Assembly: GCA_009602725.1 (NCBI GenBank)
Contig: WELB01000028.1
Location: 523,972 to 587,971 of the forward strand
Reading direction: 5' to 3'
DNA: 64,000 bases
DNA from: Spirogloea muscicola
Lineage: Eukaryota
This document shows, piece after piece, positions 52,130 to 64,000 of this stretch; within the stretch, counting starts at the first letter, position 1; each line of letters opens with the position of its first letter. Position numbers and translations under genes: made by a program. A model generated the notes under the pieces. It was not told the origin of the DNA. It did no database searches and saw nothing but the letters and a program-made list of their open reading frames with translations.

Positions 52130-54292
52130 AAAGTAGCAGCACTCCCAAGGTGGGCGAGGGCGAGGGCCAGCCCACAGAAGACTGAACAAGGTCCAGAGGA
52201 GCCGGGAAATTTGTGAGGACCACTGAGGGTGCCTGCTCAGTCAGCAGTCGCAAGTCGGAGAGACTATTAGCAGGAAAGAAAAAGTCAAGTCTTCCAGATT
52301 GGGCGAGGGCTGGAAAGCCAGTCCGAGAAGCTGCTTAGCAGGGGTTACTGACTTTCCCGTTGCGTCGTCTTGTGTAGCTGTGTCATTTTTCGTGTAGGCA
52401 TCTTTTTGGCTCTTTGGGTTTTGTCCATTCTTTTCGGGCTGGCCTCCTCTTCTCTATGGGCGCGCACTTTCTTCTTTCCGAATAGAATGGACAAGGTCCG
52501 AAGGGGCCGGGAAGTGCTGAAAGCAGCAAGCAAGTAGGAAAGGAGTTGCCCGGCCTAACCTGGAGGCAGCAGCCATAACACTGAGAAACAGCTCTTTCAT
52601 AACACTGGGGCTATAAGCTGTAAAGGCTGCGCATGCAGCAGCAAACGCCGCTCGTGGCAAGGAGGCCAAGTACGCCAAACACGCTGACCACCCGGCTGGG
52701 GACGAGTTCGTACCCCTGGCCGTGGATGTGCACGGGGCTCTCGGGTGCCAGTGGCTCGACCTGCTGGCCAGGCTTGCGCAACGCGCTGTGTCCCGCAGGC
52801 CAGGTGAGCAGGCTGACTTCAATGCCGCTGGCTCGTTGGCCCAAGTCTATCGCATGCGACTAGCTGTATCCTTTAACTCGCGATACACCAGCGTGCTGGT
52901 CGTGCATTAGCCCAGGCTAATGGCTTCCGTGGTGGTGGTTTGGCGCCTCAGTATAGCTTGTCAGTCATGCATGTGCTCACTCCGGGATACTAGTGTCCTC
53001 CTTAGCCGGCTCATAACCCAGTTAACCGGACATTTGTAAGGCTAGAATTGGCCTCCCTTTCAGTTTGATGCGCACCGCGCGCCTTCTCTCCATCAGCGAT
53101 CCCTGGCCCACGCTTTGCACCTGCGTGCTGGCCGTGCTCTCGCTGCTGCCTCTGGCTTTCGTCAGGGGGATTGTTTTCCACCAGCTAGTCTTTCGGATTT
53201 GCGGCTCCTCACTCGGTGTTATGCCCACGCCGTCCACACGCGAGCAGGCCGTGCTATGGCCGCCGCCTCTGGGTCTCGGCGCAGTGCCTCTTTCCCTGCA
53301 GCGAGCTACTCAGACCTGATGTTGCTCACTCGTGGGTACTGAGCTTCCCTCTGCACCGTCTATGTGTTCTGCAGTGTTCTGTGGTGTAGTCCATTTTCCG
53401 GCTCCTCTTTCTTTGGCTTTGGCCATTGTCCATTCTTTTTTGGGCTGGCTTTGCCAGCCCCTCTTCTCTATGGGCGCGCACTTCCTCCTATGCAGCAAGC
53501 GCGGCCAGAACTGGTGGCTGGGAGCGGCCAGCCCAAAGGAATGGACAAGGTCTGAAGGAGCCGGAGTGTTATTGAGTGATTCATCCTTTCCTAGTTTAGC
53601 GCTGGCGCCTCTGGCACCTTCGTAAATTGGCCCCTTCGAACCTTGTCAATTCCTTTTGGGCTGGCTTCTTACAGCCCTTGCCCCCATTGGAAGAGCCACT
53701 TCTTCAAGTACGCGGACCATCCAGACGGGGACGAGTTCTTTCCACTGGCCATCGATGTGCACGGGGCTTTTCGGGTCTCAGTGGCTGGACCCTGTCTTTA
53801 CCCACACCGACTGTGCCAGGTTGGGCGACACATCATGCGGAGAGGAAGAAGGAGAGGCACTACAATGACCACCCCCGGGGCGACCACTTCTTCCCATATG
53901 CCATGGACATCTACGGCGGCTACGGAACGAAGTGGTCTTCCCTCCTCCATTGCTTGGCACTGCATGTCGATGCCCGCCGACGTAGTCGGGCGGATAGCTT
54001 GGGGCATTCTAGCGTCCCGCAAGCCATTGTTGCATGCTATAGAATGCGGTTATCATTGAGTCTACAGCGCTCCCAGGCACTCGCGATACACCAGCGTGCT
54101 GGTCGTGCATTAGCACAGGCTAATGGCTTCCGTGGTGGTGGTTTGGCACCTCAGCTTAGCTCGTCAGATATGCATGTGCTCACTCGGGGATATTAGTGTC
54201 CCCCTTAGCCAGCTCATTACCCAGTTAACAGGTCAGTTGTAAGGCTTGAATTGGCCTCCCTTTCAATTTCATGCGCACCGCGCGCCTTCTCT
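52130..54292. mobile_element. Cluster 5 of CRE-like fragments, mostly head-to-tail on +
   Basis: Termini at ~52352, 52993, 53222, 53342 and 54196. RLE pieces KHADHPAGDEFVPLAVDVHGALG...RMRLAVS and KYADHPDGDEFFPLAIDVHGAF. Confidence 0.82.
53802..54292 (+). mobile_element. 5'-truncated CRE-like element with open RLE C-terminus and ~10-bp TSD
   Basis: CTGTCTTTAC at 53792-53801 and 54293-54302. Uninterrupted HAERKKERHYNDHP...LQRSQALAIHQRAGRALAQANG...SDMHVLTRGY*. Confidence 0.82.
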
Positions 54293-54874
54293 CTGTCTTT
54301 ACATCAATGTGGACAAATTTGGGCTTAGCTTGGCCTCCTCCGTTTCATTCACTACCCGCCCTCTCGCTCCTGTTAATTCCGTCTAAGGCTCGGTGCAAGG
54401 GGTTCTAGGGTTTAGGCCAGGCCGCCTGCTTGTGGGACCATTGGCCTGCAGAAACTCCGAGGTCCAGCGGGAGCGGCAGCTCGAGGACCCCGAACGTGTC
54501 CATGGCTTTCAGGCTGCGTTACTTTGCCGTCTCACGGTCCCATGCGAGGCCATAAGCGGCCCCCCCCCGGTATCAGGGCGAGCCGCCCGATTTCTCCAAG
54601 AGGCCGACTCTGACGCTGCACAGCCAACGAGAAGAACGAGGAGAGGCGGGGTCTGCGGGGTCACGCGCCTCACTGAGTAATGAGGGTGGCTGTGCTACCA
54701 GGGTTGCGCGTCGCGAGCTTGACAGCTCAGTGCTTGCCAGTGTTGGACTCCTGCCGCCACTGGCCACGCAGCATGTTCCGCGCCCTTGCCAAGGGGTGCG
54801 GTTGTGCTGTCGCAGCGCGGCTCGTGAGACTGTGAGGAGGCTGCGCTGTGACGTATATCGAAGAGGCGCTCAGC

Positions 54875-56680
54875 ATGGCTGACATGAGGACCCTTGCGCC
54901 GCCCAAGTGGGCAGTGGGGACTGTCCCGCTGCTTCGAGGCCGACCGGCACCCATGCATGGCGGGCGCCCAGCAGGAGCATCCGGCGCAGGGGCAGCTGGC
55001 GTGGACCGACCAATCGCTACCGCCATGGAAGGCACAGACGAGGTGGTGCCGCCTGGACAAGGCCAGGAGGAGGCCAATCTTCGCAGGCTGGGGCAGCTCC
55101 AGCTCCAGCGGCGACCGAAGAACTCTCGTGTGCCGCCCCGGCCGGTGCCACTGCCCCAGCTCCGAGCTACGCCGCGATTGCGGCGCAGACCCACGAATGA
55201 AGGCCTGCCAGGAGCTGCTACTGACCCAGCACTTTTGTTTAGTCTGGCCAGGGGTGGCTCACCCGGACTTTCGACCGATGCAGTGGCCCTACTGTGGCGG
55301 CTGGAACACAGGGGCCATGGCATTCACGACCGCGTGCTCTCCCGGCAGGCCACTGGCGCCCAGGTCCAGCAGGTCTGCAGTTAACGCCTGGTCTATATGT
55401 CTGACTGCTGCAGAGGTGACCGGGTGCCTTGCTGTTATGCTTCGAGCCACTTGAGTTGTTCGGCCCCAAGAAGAGTATGGCGACGATTCTGCAACATATG
55501 ATGTGGCAATTGGACCATTGGCACTCCGCATTATTGTCACTGATTTCCGGAATCTGCACATGTCACCTCTATCCCAATTTAAAACTGTACCTAAGTATAG
55601 CCTTTTCTATCAGGTATATAATTACATGCTAGCGCGGTTCTGAGTTGGCGAGCACATTGGTTGCAGGAAGCCCAGCCAAAGCCATCGGGCACGAAGGAGG
55701 AAAGGCCAGCTTCATCTTGCGATCTTGAGCTCAGGCACCTTTGCATCCAGGCATATGCTGAGAGTGGGGCGGTCCAGGAGGCTATGGACGTCCTGCAAGG
55801 ATTCCAGCGTCGCGGCTTCCGACCAGGGAGGCACCTGTACAGGGACCTCATAGAGGCTGGCAGCCAGTGCGGCAACGGGCGCCTCGTGTTGCAGCTGCTG
55901 GAGGAGGTGAAGGCGGCAAGAATAAGCTTGAGCTCGGACAACGTATTTCGCATCATTGCCGCTTGCTCCAAGGTTGGGCTTGTGGTGGAGGTGGTTGAGC
56001 TTGTCAAGTTCGTCAGACTGTCAGGCCTGCAGCTCGGCCTTGTTGCCAGAACCGCCCTCATTGATGCGCTGGCCAGGGTTGGACGCCTTCGCGATGCGGA
56101 GCTGGAAATTCAGGCACTCCTCCAAACAAACATCAAGCTTGACTTGCTGGCGTTCCAGTCTGCAATGGGCGTCTATGCAAGGACGTCGGGTAACTCGGAC
56201 AAGGCCACTGCTCTGCTGACAAAGATGAAGAAAGTCGGCATCAAGCCCTCGCTGGCAGTTTACAATAGCCTTCTGCAAGTCCTCTGCACAGACCAGTGTC
56301 CGCAGAAAGGCTTGCAGGTCCTCAAGGAAATGCAGGCGTCTGGATGTGTACCGACAGCGACGACGTACAACATGCTCATGGAATGCTTCCGCCAGCTGGA
56401 CCTGGATGAGGAGGCCATGCAGGTCCAGCACCAAATGCAACGTGCTGGTTGTAGTCCCAGTAGGGCCACCTTCGAGGCGCTGGTGGCGTTGCACACAAAA
56501 GCCGGAAGGCATGATCAGGCAATTAGGGAGCTTGTGGTCATGCACCGGCAAGGCTTGCCTGCGGATGGCCTGGCCAGACAGCTGCTCAAGGCTCATGCAC
56601 AGGCCGGTCGCACAGAGGAGGCGATGAAGCTTGAAGGAATATTGGGGGCAGAGTGGCTGGAGCACGTGCATGCAGGCTAG
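54875..56680 (+). CDS. P-class pentatricopeptide repeat protein (exons 54875-55372 and 55667-56680)
   Basis: 35-aa repeats such as VYNSLLQVLCTDQCPQKGLQVLKEMQASGCVPTAT, TYNMLMECFRQLDLDEEAMQVQHQMQRAGCSPSRA and TFEALVALHTKAGRHDQA; in-frame GT-AG intron. Exon 1 is less certain. Confidence 0.88.
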
Positions 56681-57394
56681 CCACTGTTTGTCTACACATG
56701 TTGAACATGACGACGCGAGAGAGGCAGGTCTTTCACGTTGCTTGCTGATGCCTACATGTGATTGGCTGCGCCTTCTCAACTCAGTTGCAGCATCTGCTCG
56801 ACATTTACCTTTGCAATTGCAAGTGCTTGTTTGGTTGCATGCAAATGTCCTTTGATATCAATTTTTTGAACAAGAGGTGTGTTACGTCAGACTCGTAGCC
56901 GCTGCATGTGCCATGCATTCTACTACTCTTTGCATGGTCCTTCGGTCCTCAGCACGCTGGAACTCATTGTCTGAGCTTTTCACATGCTGTGACCAGGATA
57001 TACGGGACTGTTGTGGCAGCACCATGAGCTGCACAACGGAGATCGTGGCCGTCAGGCTTTGACATAGACTCGACTTATCAACATACATTTCTCCCCCCTT
57101 ATGTAGGCATTTGGTAGCTTCGAAGTTGGTGAAGTGACATTCATTCCATTTGCCTCACAAGTGACCTGCTTGACTACGGGATGATGTGACCATTGCTCCA
57201 GACTTGGTCATGAAGCTAAGGTCCTTCTGACATTCAATAGCAAGCTGTACAAATTAGGATGAATGAAAAGCTCTAACAAGCTGACAGGCCTTAGCCTGCT
57301 TAGCCGCTACCAGCCTAGACATTGTGTAAGTTCCTATTTCAAGAGACAAGACTAGACAATGTGTAAGAGAACACACAATGCCAACGAATTGCAT

Positions 57395-59299
57395 CTATAG
57401 TAGAGCTCCAGTGGCAGCCACAGCCAGGAAAGGGAAGCCATATGCCAGCCATGAGGGTAAGCTGCGGCTGTAGCCTCCACCTGCCAGCATGTGCCCAGAC
57501 TTTGACCTTTGCATCAAGAGGATGGCTGTGCAAGAAGGTCCATGAAAAGACAAGGTCGTACGTATCTTTGCGTCTCATTCAGGGCCGCAATGTTGGGGAA
57601 TTCGTTTTCAATTGCACTTTTTAACCTACAGGAGATGCATTTGCAGTCACTGACCAGTCATGTTGACAAAGGGTGGGGGCGCAGAATTGCTTCCTGAAGT
57701 GGTGTTAGCTGCAAGCTGACCTCGCACAGCTCCTGCTCATCCACAGGGAGTGTCAGAGCGGCGAGACAAGCAACCTTTCGCCTTCAAGTCATGCTACACA
57801 TCTTATTCAGTGAAATCACAATCTGCAGGCTTAAATGGGACTGAGGACTTCTACATCTTGCTGAAGACTACAGTGCAATCGCTCTCGGTCGTTTCCTTAC
57901 AAGCACATGTATCTCTCACCAGCAGGATATTTGTTTGTATGAATATTGGTGTAGTAATTATCAGGCGTGGCACTGATGTTATCCACAAGCGTCTTGTTTG
58001 TTGTCACGTAGCCTCGGTAGTAATGGTTGGTGTTGAACGAGCCAAACCTGCCGTTGAGGTTGGTGAGAGAATAAGACGGAAGCTCAAGCTGAAATCAGTC
58101 GGTCTTAAGCACAGTCATGGTTGGCCTTCAGTACATCTCTGATGGGACCAATTGTTGAATGTAAGAAAGGTCAGCAGAGTTACCTGATGGCAGGAACAAA
58201 GTCGATGACGACAGGCCCACTGACAGATGCAGCACCAGCGTGGATGTGGGCCAGGAAGATGAAGTCCAAACCGGTAACATTCAAGAGAAACTCAACCAGC
58301 TCCGTTGTTGAGTTTATGGATGAGAAGGCAAACTTGGCAGTGCCAGAGCCGTTTGAGGTGCTATTTGGCTCATTGCTTCCCAACAGGGCGGATGAGAACC
58401 GTACTGCAAAAGGCAAGCCACACATCTTTACAGTGAGTGAGTGAGTGAGTGAGTGATTGAGGAGTGAGTGAGTGAGTGAGTGAGTGAGCAAGATAGAAGG
58501 CTGACTGAAGCTTTGCCATACTTTGCAGTCACAGGCTTGAACTCACGGAAGTTGGCTGCTGGCTGTTGGTCGGCAGAATATGGATCAGCGAGCTGGCCTC
58601 TTATCAGGCCTGCATTGGCATGGAGTCTCGTGAGGGGCGGGGGCATAAGGGAAGAGCTACCGCCATGCTCTTGCAGTGGGCCAATAGAGGAGCATCATGC
58701 GAATGGCAGTCTGCTCCAATGAGCACGACGTCTTTCAAGCAGCTACTGGAGTGGCTGCTCTGCTGCTTCATTTCCGTCGACATCTTGGCTGGATTTGCTG
58801 ACACATTTTCTCATGCAAGGGCGGAGCGCGTACCGGCTGGGTAGACGTTGGAGTGAACATTGACATAGTAACCTTTAGGGTTGCTGTAAATAGCATCAGC
58901 AAGCGCAGCGTCGATGGCCAGCCGGCCCGCGGCAGCTCCCGTGAGCGTGAAGTCGGTGAAGTTGATGTATGGCACCAGGTTGACGACAACCTTGCCGTCG
59001 TGAACGTCCACAGTACCGACGTGGATGTGCGCCAGGATGAGCTTGTCGCCCGCTGGCAAGCCCGAGACCCCCGTGATAGCGAATCCCATGGTGGTCTTGC
59101 CGTTGGCGTGGTACGTCAAGTTGAAGCGCGATGAGCCGACCGCATCAGCGGGGCCATTGTCGTTTTGGCCCGACAGCGTGGCCGTCAGCACTGGCTTGGG
59201 TATCTGCGCCGCAGCCGAGGTAGCAGCTACGAGGAAGAGGAGCGACTGGAGGAGCAGGGCCGAGAGGGCAAGCGGAGAGCGTGGCCATGGGACCCCCAT
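57395..59299 (-). CDS. Secreted protein with two CHRD domains and a hydrophobic C-terminal tail (6 exons)
   Basis: Signal peptide MGVPWPRSPLALSALLLQSLLFLVAATSAAA. Repeat 1: ATLSGQND...LAHIHVG...GKVVV...NPKGYYVNVHSNVYPAG|LIRGQL. Repeat 2: SALLGSNE...GSGTAKF...LAHIHAGAASVSGPVVI...TPDNYYTNIHTNKYPAG|AVRGQL. Tail: ...MTG|GGYSRSLPSWLAYGFPFLAVAATGALL*. Confidence 0.85.
58432..58487. repeat. (GAGT)n microsatellite in a CHRD-gene intron
   Basis: Seen directly. Confidence 0.95.
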
Positions 59300-59619
59300 C
59301 TGGACGGAAAAGGCGCAGCAGGAGAGGCTTCCCGTGGCTACGAGGGGGGCAGCGGGAGCCGCAGGCGTGGGGAGGTGAGGCAGGCAGCGCGCGCCGCCCG
59401 GTGCGTGGCCGCCGCCGCCGCCGCCGACGACGTCCAGGACGGCGAGGGGCTGTGGAGATGGAGGTGTGGCGGGCAAGGCGAGGAGGCGGGAGTGGTGCGC
59501 GCGTGGCGCCGGAGCTCGGCCGAGCGCAGCCGCTGGAGATGGGGTAGGGGCGCGCGCTCTTGCGTAGGTGGCCGGTGGCCGGGCAAAAAGTGGCGGGTAG
59601 ACTCTTCCAATATGGAATA

Positions 59620-62335
59620 ATCAAAGGGGCAGAGGGCTGTGGAAGGCCTGCCCGAAATGAATGGACAAGGTCCAGTGATAACCACTTTCGTGGTATGCAA
59701 GGTTTCCGGCCCCTTTCGGGCCCCATTGCCCCATACACGACGCGCCGACCTGGTCGCCATCCCGCCCGGCGGCGGTCCCCGCATCATCGCCGGTGTGATG
59801 ACAACTGACAGCTTCGTCCTGCTTCGGCTCCTCCAGACCTGTCCACTCCTTTGGAGATTGGGCTGCCATCTCCCAGTCACCAGTTTATCTGGCCGCGCTT
59901 GCTTTCGTCCGCCAAGCGCCGCCGGCAGGCGCCAAGGAACGGAAATACTCGGATTCCCCAGTGGGAGACGAGTTTGTCCCACTCGCCGTCGATGTCCGCG
60001 GCGCCTATGGCACAAAATGGCTTGACCTGCTTCACCGCCTTGCGCGGCGAGCAGCGGCCCGCCGCCACGGGCAGCAGGGCGAGCAGCCAGGCTTCAATGT
60101 CGCCGAGTCCCTCGCCCAAGTCTTCCGGATGCGCCTGGCCGTCTCTTTGCAGCGGTCCCTAGCTTTCGCGGTCCACTTGCGCGCAGGCCGCGCTCTGGCG
60201 GCGGCCTCCGGCTTCCGCCAGGGCGACGTCTTTCCGCCTGCTACCTATTCAGACTTGCATCTACTGACTAGAGGTTACTGAGAGTCCGCTTGCTGCTGTC
60301 TCAGTCCTTAGCACTCCGGCTCCTTCCGACCTTGTCCACTCCTTTGGGCTGGCCTCTCCCAGCCACCAGTCAATCTGGCCGCGCTTGCTTCGACTCCGCC
60401 GATCTCACAGATCGGCGTCGTTTCCAGGGGCACGCGGTCGGCCTGGCGGCCCGGGGCAAGGAGCGAAAACATGCCGATCACCCGGTTGGTGAATTCGCGG
60501 CCCTGGCAATAGATGTACACGGGGCTTTCGGCAGCCGCTGGCTTGGATCTCCTTTCGGCGGCTTGCCCGCCAGGCCATTGACCGGCGGCCGGGTCTGCCA
60601 GGGCCGATGCCCGGTTTCAACGCCGGCGGTTGGCTCGCCCAAGTCTTCCGCATGCGCCTGGCGGCATCGCTTCCACGCTTTGCCCACGCCGTCCACACGC
60701 GAGCAGGCCGTGCTATGGCCGCCACCTTGGGTCTCGGCGGAGTGCCTCTTTCCCTGCAGCGAGCTACTCAGACCTGCTCTTGCTCACTCGTGGGTACTGA
60801 GCTTCCCTCTGCATCGTCTTTGTGTTTTGCAGTGTTTTATAGAGTAGTCCTTTTTCCGGCTCCTCTTTCTTTGGCTTTGGACATTGTCCATTCTTTATTG
60901 AGCTGGCTTTGCCAGCCCCTCTTCTCTATGGGCGAGCACTTTCTTTTCTTCTTGCCACAGCTGCCCTCCACAGCGATCGCCCTCTGCTGGAAGAGCGTCG
61001 CTTTCCGCTGGAGCTTTCGGTGGACTTTGTCCGCGCCTGCTGGCCATTTCACCTTCAGACCTTGTCCATTCCTTTGGGCTGGCCTCTCTTAGCCACCAGT
61101 TAATCTGGCCGCCCTTGCTTGCCTGCTGGCCATTTCACAGCCACTTTTGGAAGGAGCATTCTTGTTCCCACACACCCGGGCGGCGGCCAATCGGCGCCAA
61201 AGAGACACCCTCCCCGCCGCGCGTGCCGACGATTTGCACGCCCCCCGCCCACGTGCGCCCGATAGCCGACGGCCCGTCTCCACGTGCGCCCCATTTGCCT
61301 CCACCGCCACCCCTAGAAGGCCGATGCCGACGCCCGCGGCTGACGCTGCTCGGGATGACGCTGACGCTCCCCTAGAGCATCCCTGAGCATCACCCCCCGG
61401 CTCCTCGGCTTTTGTTCTAACAGAGGTTACTGAGTGCCCCGTGGCCACTAAAGTCACTGTTGTGAAGCAGTTCCGAGACTACGTAGATTGGCTTCCGGTG
61501 CCGAAAGGCCCTAGTCCTTTCGAGGCTGGCTTTTCACACCCCTCGCCAACTTGGCAGAGCTTACTACTACGGACCTTATCCATCAGGAGAGAAGGAGGTC
61601 CTTGGGCTGCCCTCTCACAATCGTCGCCCCGTCCGAGGAACTCTTCCTTTAGCACTTACTCGTTAGAAATCTGATTCCAGATATGCACGACGTGAGCTTA
61701 TGCCTCCGGCTAAGATGGGCTCGCCAGAAGAGAGAAAGGCGCGCGGGGCGCATGAAATGAAAAGGGAGGCCAATTCAAGCCAATAAAGCCAGAAGCATTG
61801 TTATTGTTCTTGCGCCGCTGTGCCTCAGTGTGTTTGCAGCGAGCTCAGGCTCATGCTTTGCACCAGAAAGCCGAAAGAGCTCTAGTTGGTGGTACAAGAG
61901 CTAACAAGTGACATCCAGTGTTCAGGCATTGAAGCAACCTCTACTTGCTGCCCCGTGGTTTCTGAGCGGGTCAGCTTAGCAGGTCATGTGCATCTGTCGA
62001 TGCGTTGCCTTTGTACTTAGGCACTCAGGCCCTCAATCGCTCAGCACATTGACGTTGTAGTCCTGTCGTGAAGGAGCTGCATCTCTCACAGCCATTGCTC
62101 CCTTAGAACAGACTCTCTCGTTACAAAGAGCGGCTGTCAAAGAAAAAACGGCTGTAGATGCCAGCCAGGTGCATACAGAGGGAGGTGTTCATAAATGTGT
62201 TGCAAAGCACAGGCTAAGCAAAGGGTGCTCTTAGTACGCCCGTGTCAGCAATAGGAAGTCAGATGGGCGCGCAAATTCTTCTGATGAGCTGAGGGGAGGA
62301 AGAGCAAGCCCGCTGCGCAAGCCAGAAAATGGCGT
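59620..62335. mobile_element. Cluster 6 of CRE-like fragments
   Basis: RRADLVAIPPGGGPRII (59740), GDEFVPLAVDVRGAYG...LQRSLAFAVHLRAGRALAAASG...SDLHLLTRGY* (to 60281), further termini at 60800, 61433, 61965 and 62231(-), plus 3'-UTR motifs. Confidence 0.8.
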
Positions 62336-62520
62336 GTGCACTGAATGATGGTGGACTGAGTGGCCAAGGCAAGCACATTGACAGATGTACATCACCAAAA
62401 CTGCTAAACTGATCCACTCAGTAAGCCAAGCCAGAGGTCCTTGTGCGGAGAGCGAGACATCCCTTTTGGTCTCCTAGAGTCCCGCTAAGGCCGCCAGGCC
62501 GCCGCCGCCGCCGCCGCCGN

Positions 62521-64000
62521 GCAGCAGCGAGCGCGGCCGCCGACGCCGGCGGCCGAGCCGGCGGGGCTCTGGCCGGCCTCGACGACGACGACCTGGTGCG
62601 CCGCCCCGCTGCAGCGCTGGCGGCGCGGCAGTCATTAGCGCGTGAAGCCCGTCTTGGCTGCCGGTGATGGCGGCGCGCCGTCGCTGACGGCGCCGCCAGT
62701 CTCGCCCTCCGTCGGCACCGGCGGCCCTCTGGTTGGCCAGGAGTTCCTGAAGCGCGCGCAGGAGCTCAAGGGGGAGGGCAACGCGCGCTTCGCGGCGCGC
62801 GACCTGGCGGGCGCGCTGGAGGCCTACGCCGCCGCGCTGCGCCTCACGCCGGCGCGCCACCCGGACCGCGCCCTCCTGCACAGGCACCGCACACATCCCT
62901 TCTAGCCGGCCTGACACGGCCTATCGAAGCCTATCACATAAGGACGTCGTTTGATGGATGAGGGTTACGTTAGAGCTGCCGTTTGAGCTCAGGGCTTGGC
63001 TGAGCGCAACAGCTCTGAGTCAAGGGGGTCAGGGTTTAGGCCGTCAGGCTCTGCAATCGAAGCCTTGCAGTTCAGCCCCCTTTGGAGAAGTGCGCTGCTG
63101 GCCGCCGGCTGCTGCTGCTGAGCATGCTTGCCCGGTTCCTAAGTTGAGATAACTGACGTCAAGGAAAGCTGAGCTGCTGAGCTAAGCTGAAGCGCACCCA
63201 GTGTCTCACCTGATATGGCTCATGTCAATTGAAGCTGAGCTGCTGAGCTGCTGAGCTGAGCTGCTGAGCTGAGGCAAGCTGAGGTGGGCTGCTCCTCGTC
63301 CTCCCCTCCTCCAGCAACCGGGCCGCCTGCCTGCTGCTGAGCACGCCCCCAGCCTACCGGGACGTCGTAAACGAGTGCACATTGGCACTGGATGCGCACC
63401 CGGGATTTGCCAAGGCGTTGCTGCGGCGCGCTAGGGCGTACGCCCACCTTGGCCAGGCCCGTGCCGCACTGGCGGACCTCGCCGCTCTCCTGCAGGTGAC
63501 ATATGGAGCTCTGCTTCTTCGCTCGGCAACATGTCGCAACGGTTGGCCTCAGGCCTGCCGATTGATTGCCGATGTCCTGTTGCTGGCAGGTGGAACCAGC
63601 GAACCAGGATGCTCTGGACCTGATGCGAAGGCTACGAAGCCAGCCAAAAGGGCCAAAGGCTGCGGCGGCGTCCGCTGTCACGCTGAAGGTCAGCACCTTA
63701 AGCAAGCCGGCACCAGGCTCAGTCTCGTCTGCGGCCGTGGCAGCAAGCGGCAGCCGGAATGGGAGCTCGCAACCAGCGGCTGTCACAACCACCAGTTCCA
63801 AGGAGGACAACAGCGCTGCCGAGGAACCTGAGGACATGAGGCCTGCTGCTAGGCGGCCAACTCAGGAGGCGGAGAGCGTGTCAGTTGCCAGAGCTGGCCT
63901 GTCACGGGCGGGAAAGGAGCAGGGAGGCGGGCTCGCCAAGCGGCATGGCCAGCAGGCAAGGGGGGCACTTGTGACGCTGAAACTCGTGTACGGTGGTGAC
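62521..64000 (+). CDS. CLMP1: TPR + PB1 protein (CLMP1/PHOX family), 5' part; start probably lost at N 62520; runs off the window
   Basis: GLDDDDL|EFLKRAQELKGEGNARF...ALRLTPARHPDRALLH|SNRAACLL...VVNECTLAL...FAKALLRRARAY...|VEPANQDAL... ends VTLKLVYGGD, the start of a PB1 domain. Confidence 0.85.
63233..63283. repeat. (GCTGA/GCTGCTGA)n short tandem repeat in an intron
   Basis: gctgagctgctgagctgctgagctgagctgctgagctgag seen directly; a shorter copy is at ~63168-63191. Confidence 0.85.

Larger units (their letters stand above)
43030..52295 (+). repeat. Tandem segmental duplication: unit 1 ~43030-47490, unit 2 ~48825-52295
   Basis: Both units start gggagacggtgtcgagg and share promoter, GST gene, ~1.2 kb of downstream sequence and a retroelement end; both finish at ...aagtctt(t)c. 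Confidence 0.88.

Noticed and set aside
53400..53710. Recurrent ~80-bp motif (ttgtccattc...gggctggc...cagccc) as a CRISPR-like array, tRNA or independent SINE
   Set aside because: Spacing is irregular, there is no cloverleaf or A/B box, and it repeatedly follows LLTRGY* at a similar distance, so it is the retroelement 3' UTR.

Overview
Eukaryotic, GC-rich, intron-rich nuclear DNA from a green plant-lineage organism. The gene set (CP12, TML, phi-GST, BAHD, CLMP1/PHOX, plant-type SEC24s) suggests a streptophyte alga; this is inference, not a database result. I can reconstruct 14 spliced or partial protein genes: CTU2, a BAHD acyltransferase, TRAX, a SEC24C/D-type gene, translin, a SEC24A/B-type gene, CP12, a Nit1-type amidase, a USP protein, TML, two tandem phi-GSTs, a PPR protein and a 2xCHRD protein, plus the 5' part of CLMP1/PHOX. 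Six intergenic clusters hold about 25 5'-truncated 3' ends of a CRE-like non-LTR retrotransposon group with a restriction-like endonuclease (RLE). Its ORFs end in a conserved LLTRGY* tail. Several copies have readable target-site duplications (TSDs), including one element nested inside another in a GST promoter. No reverse transcriptase domain is visible in the window. Strongest leads: (1) the alternating TRAX-SEC24C-translin-SEC24A block of two ancient paralogue pairs; (2) the self-nesting LLTRGY retroelements, found only upstream of genes; (3) a secreted, possibly GPI-anchored tandem-CHRD protein. Exon boundaries and motif matches were read by eye and remembered from known families. Two assembly gaps and three single Ns limit some 5' ends.
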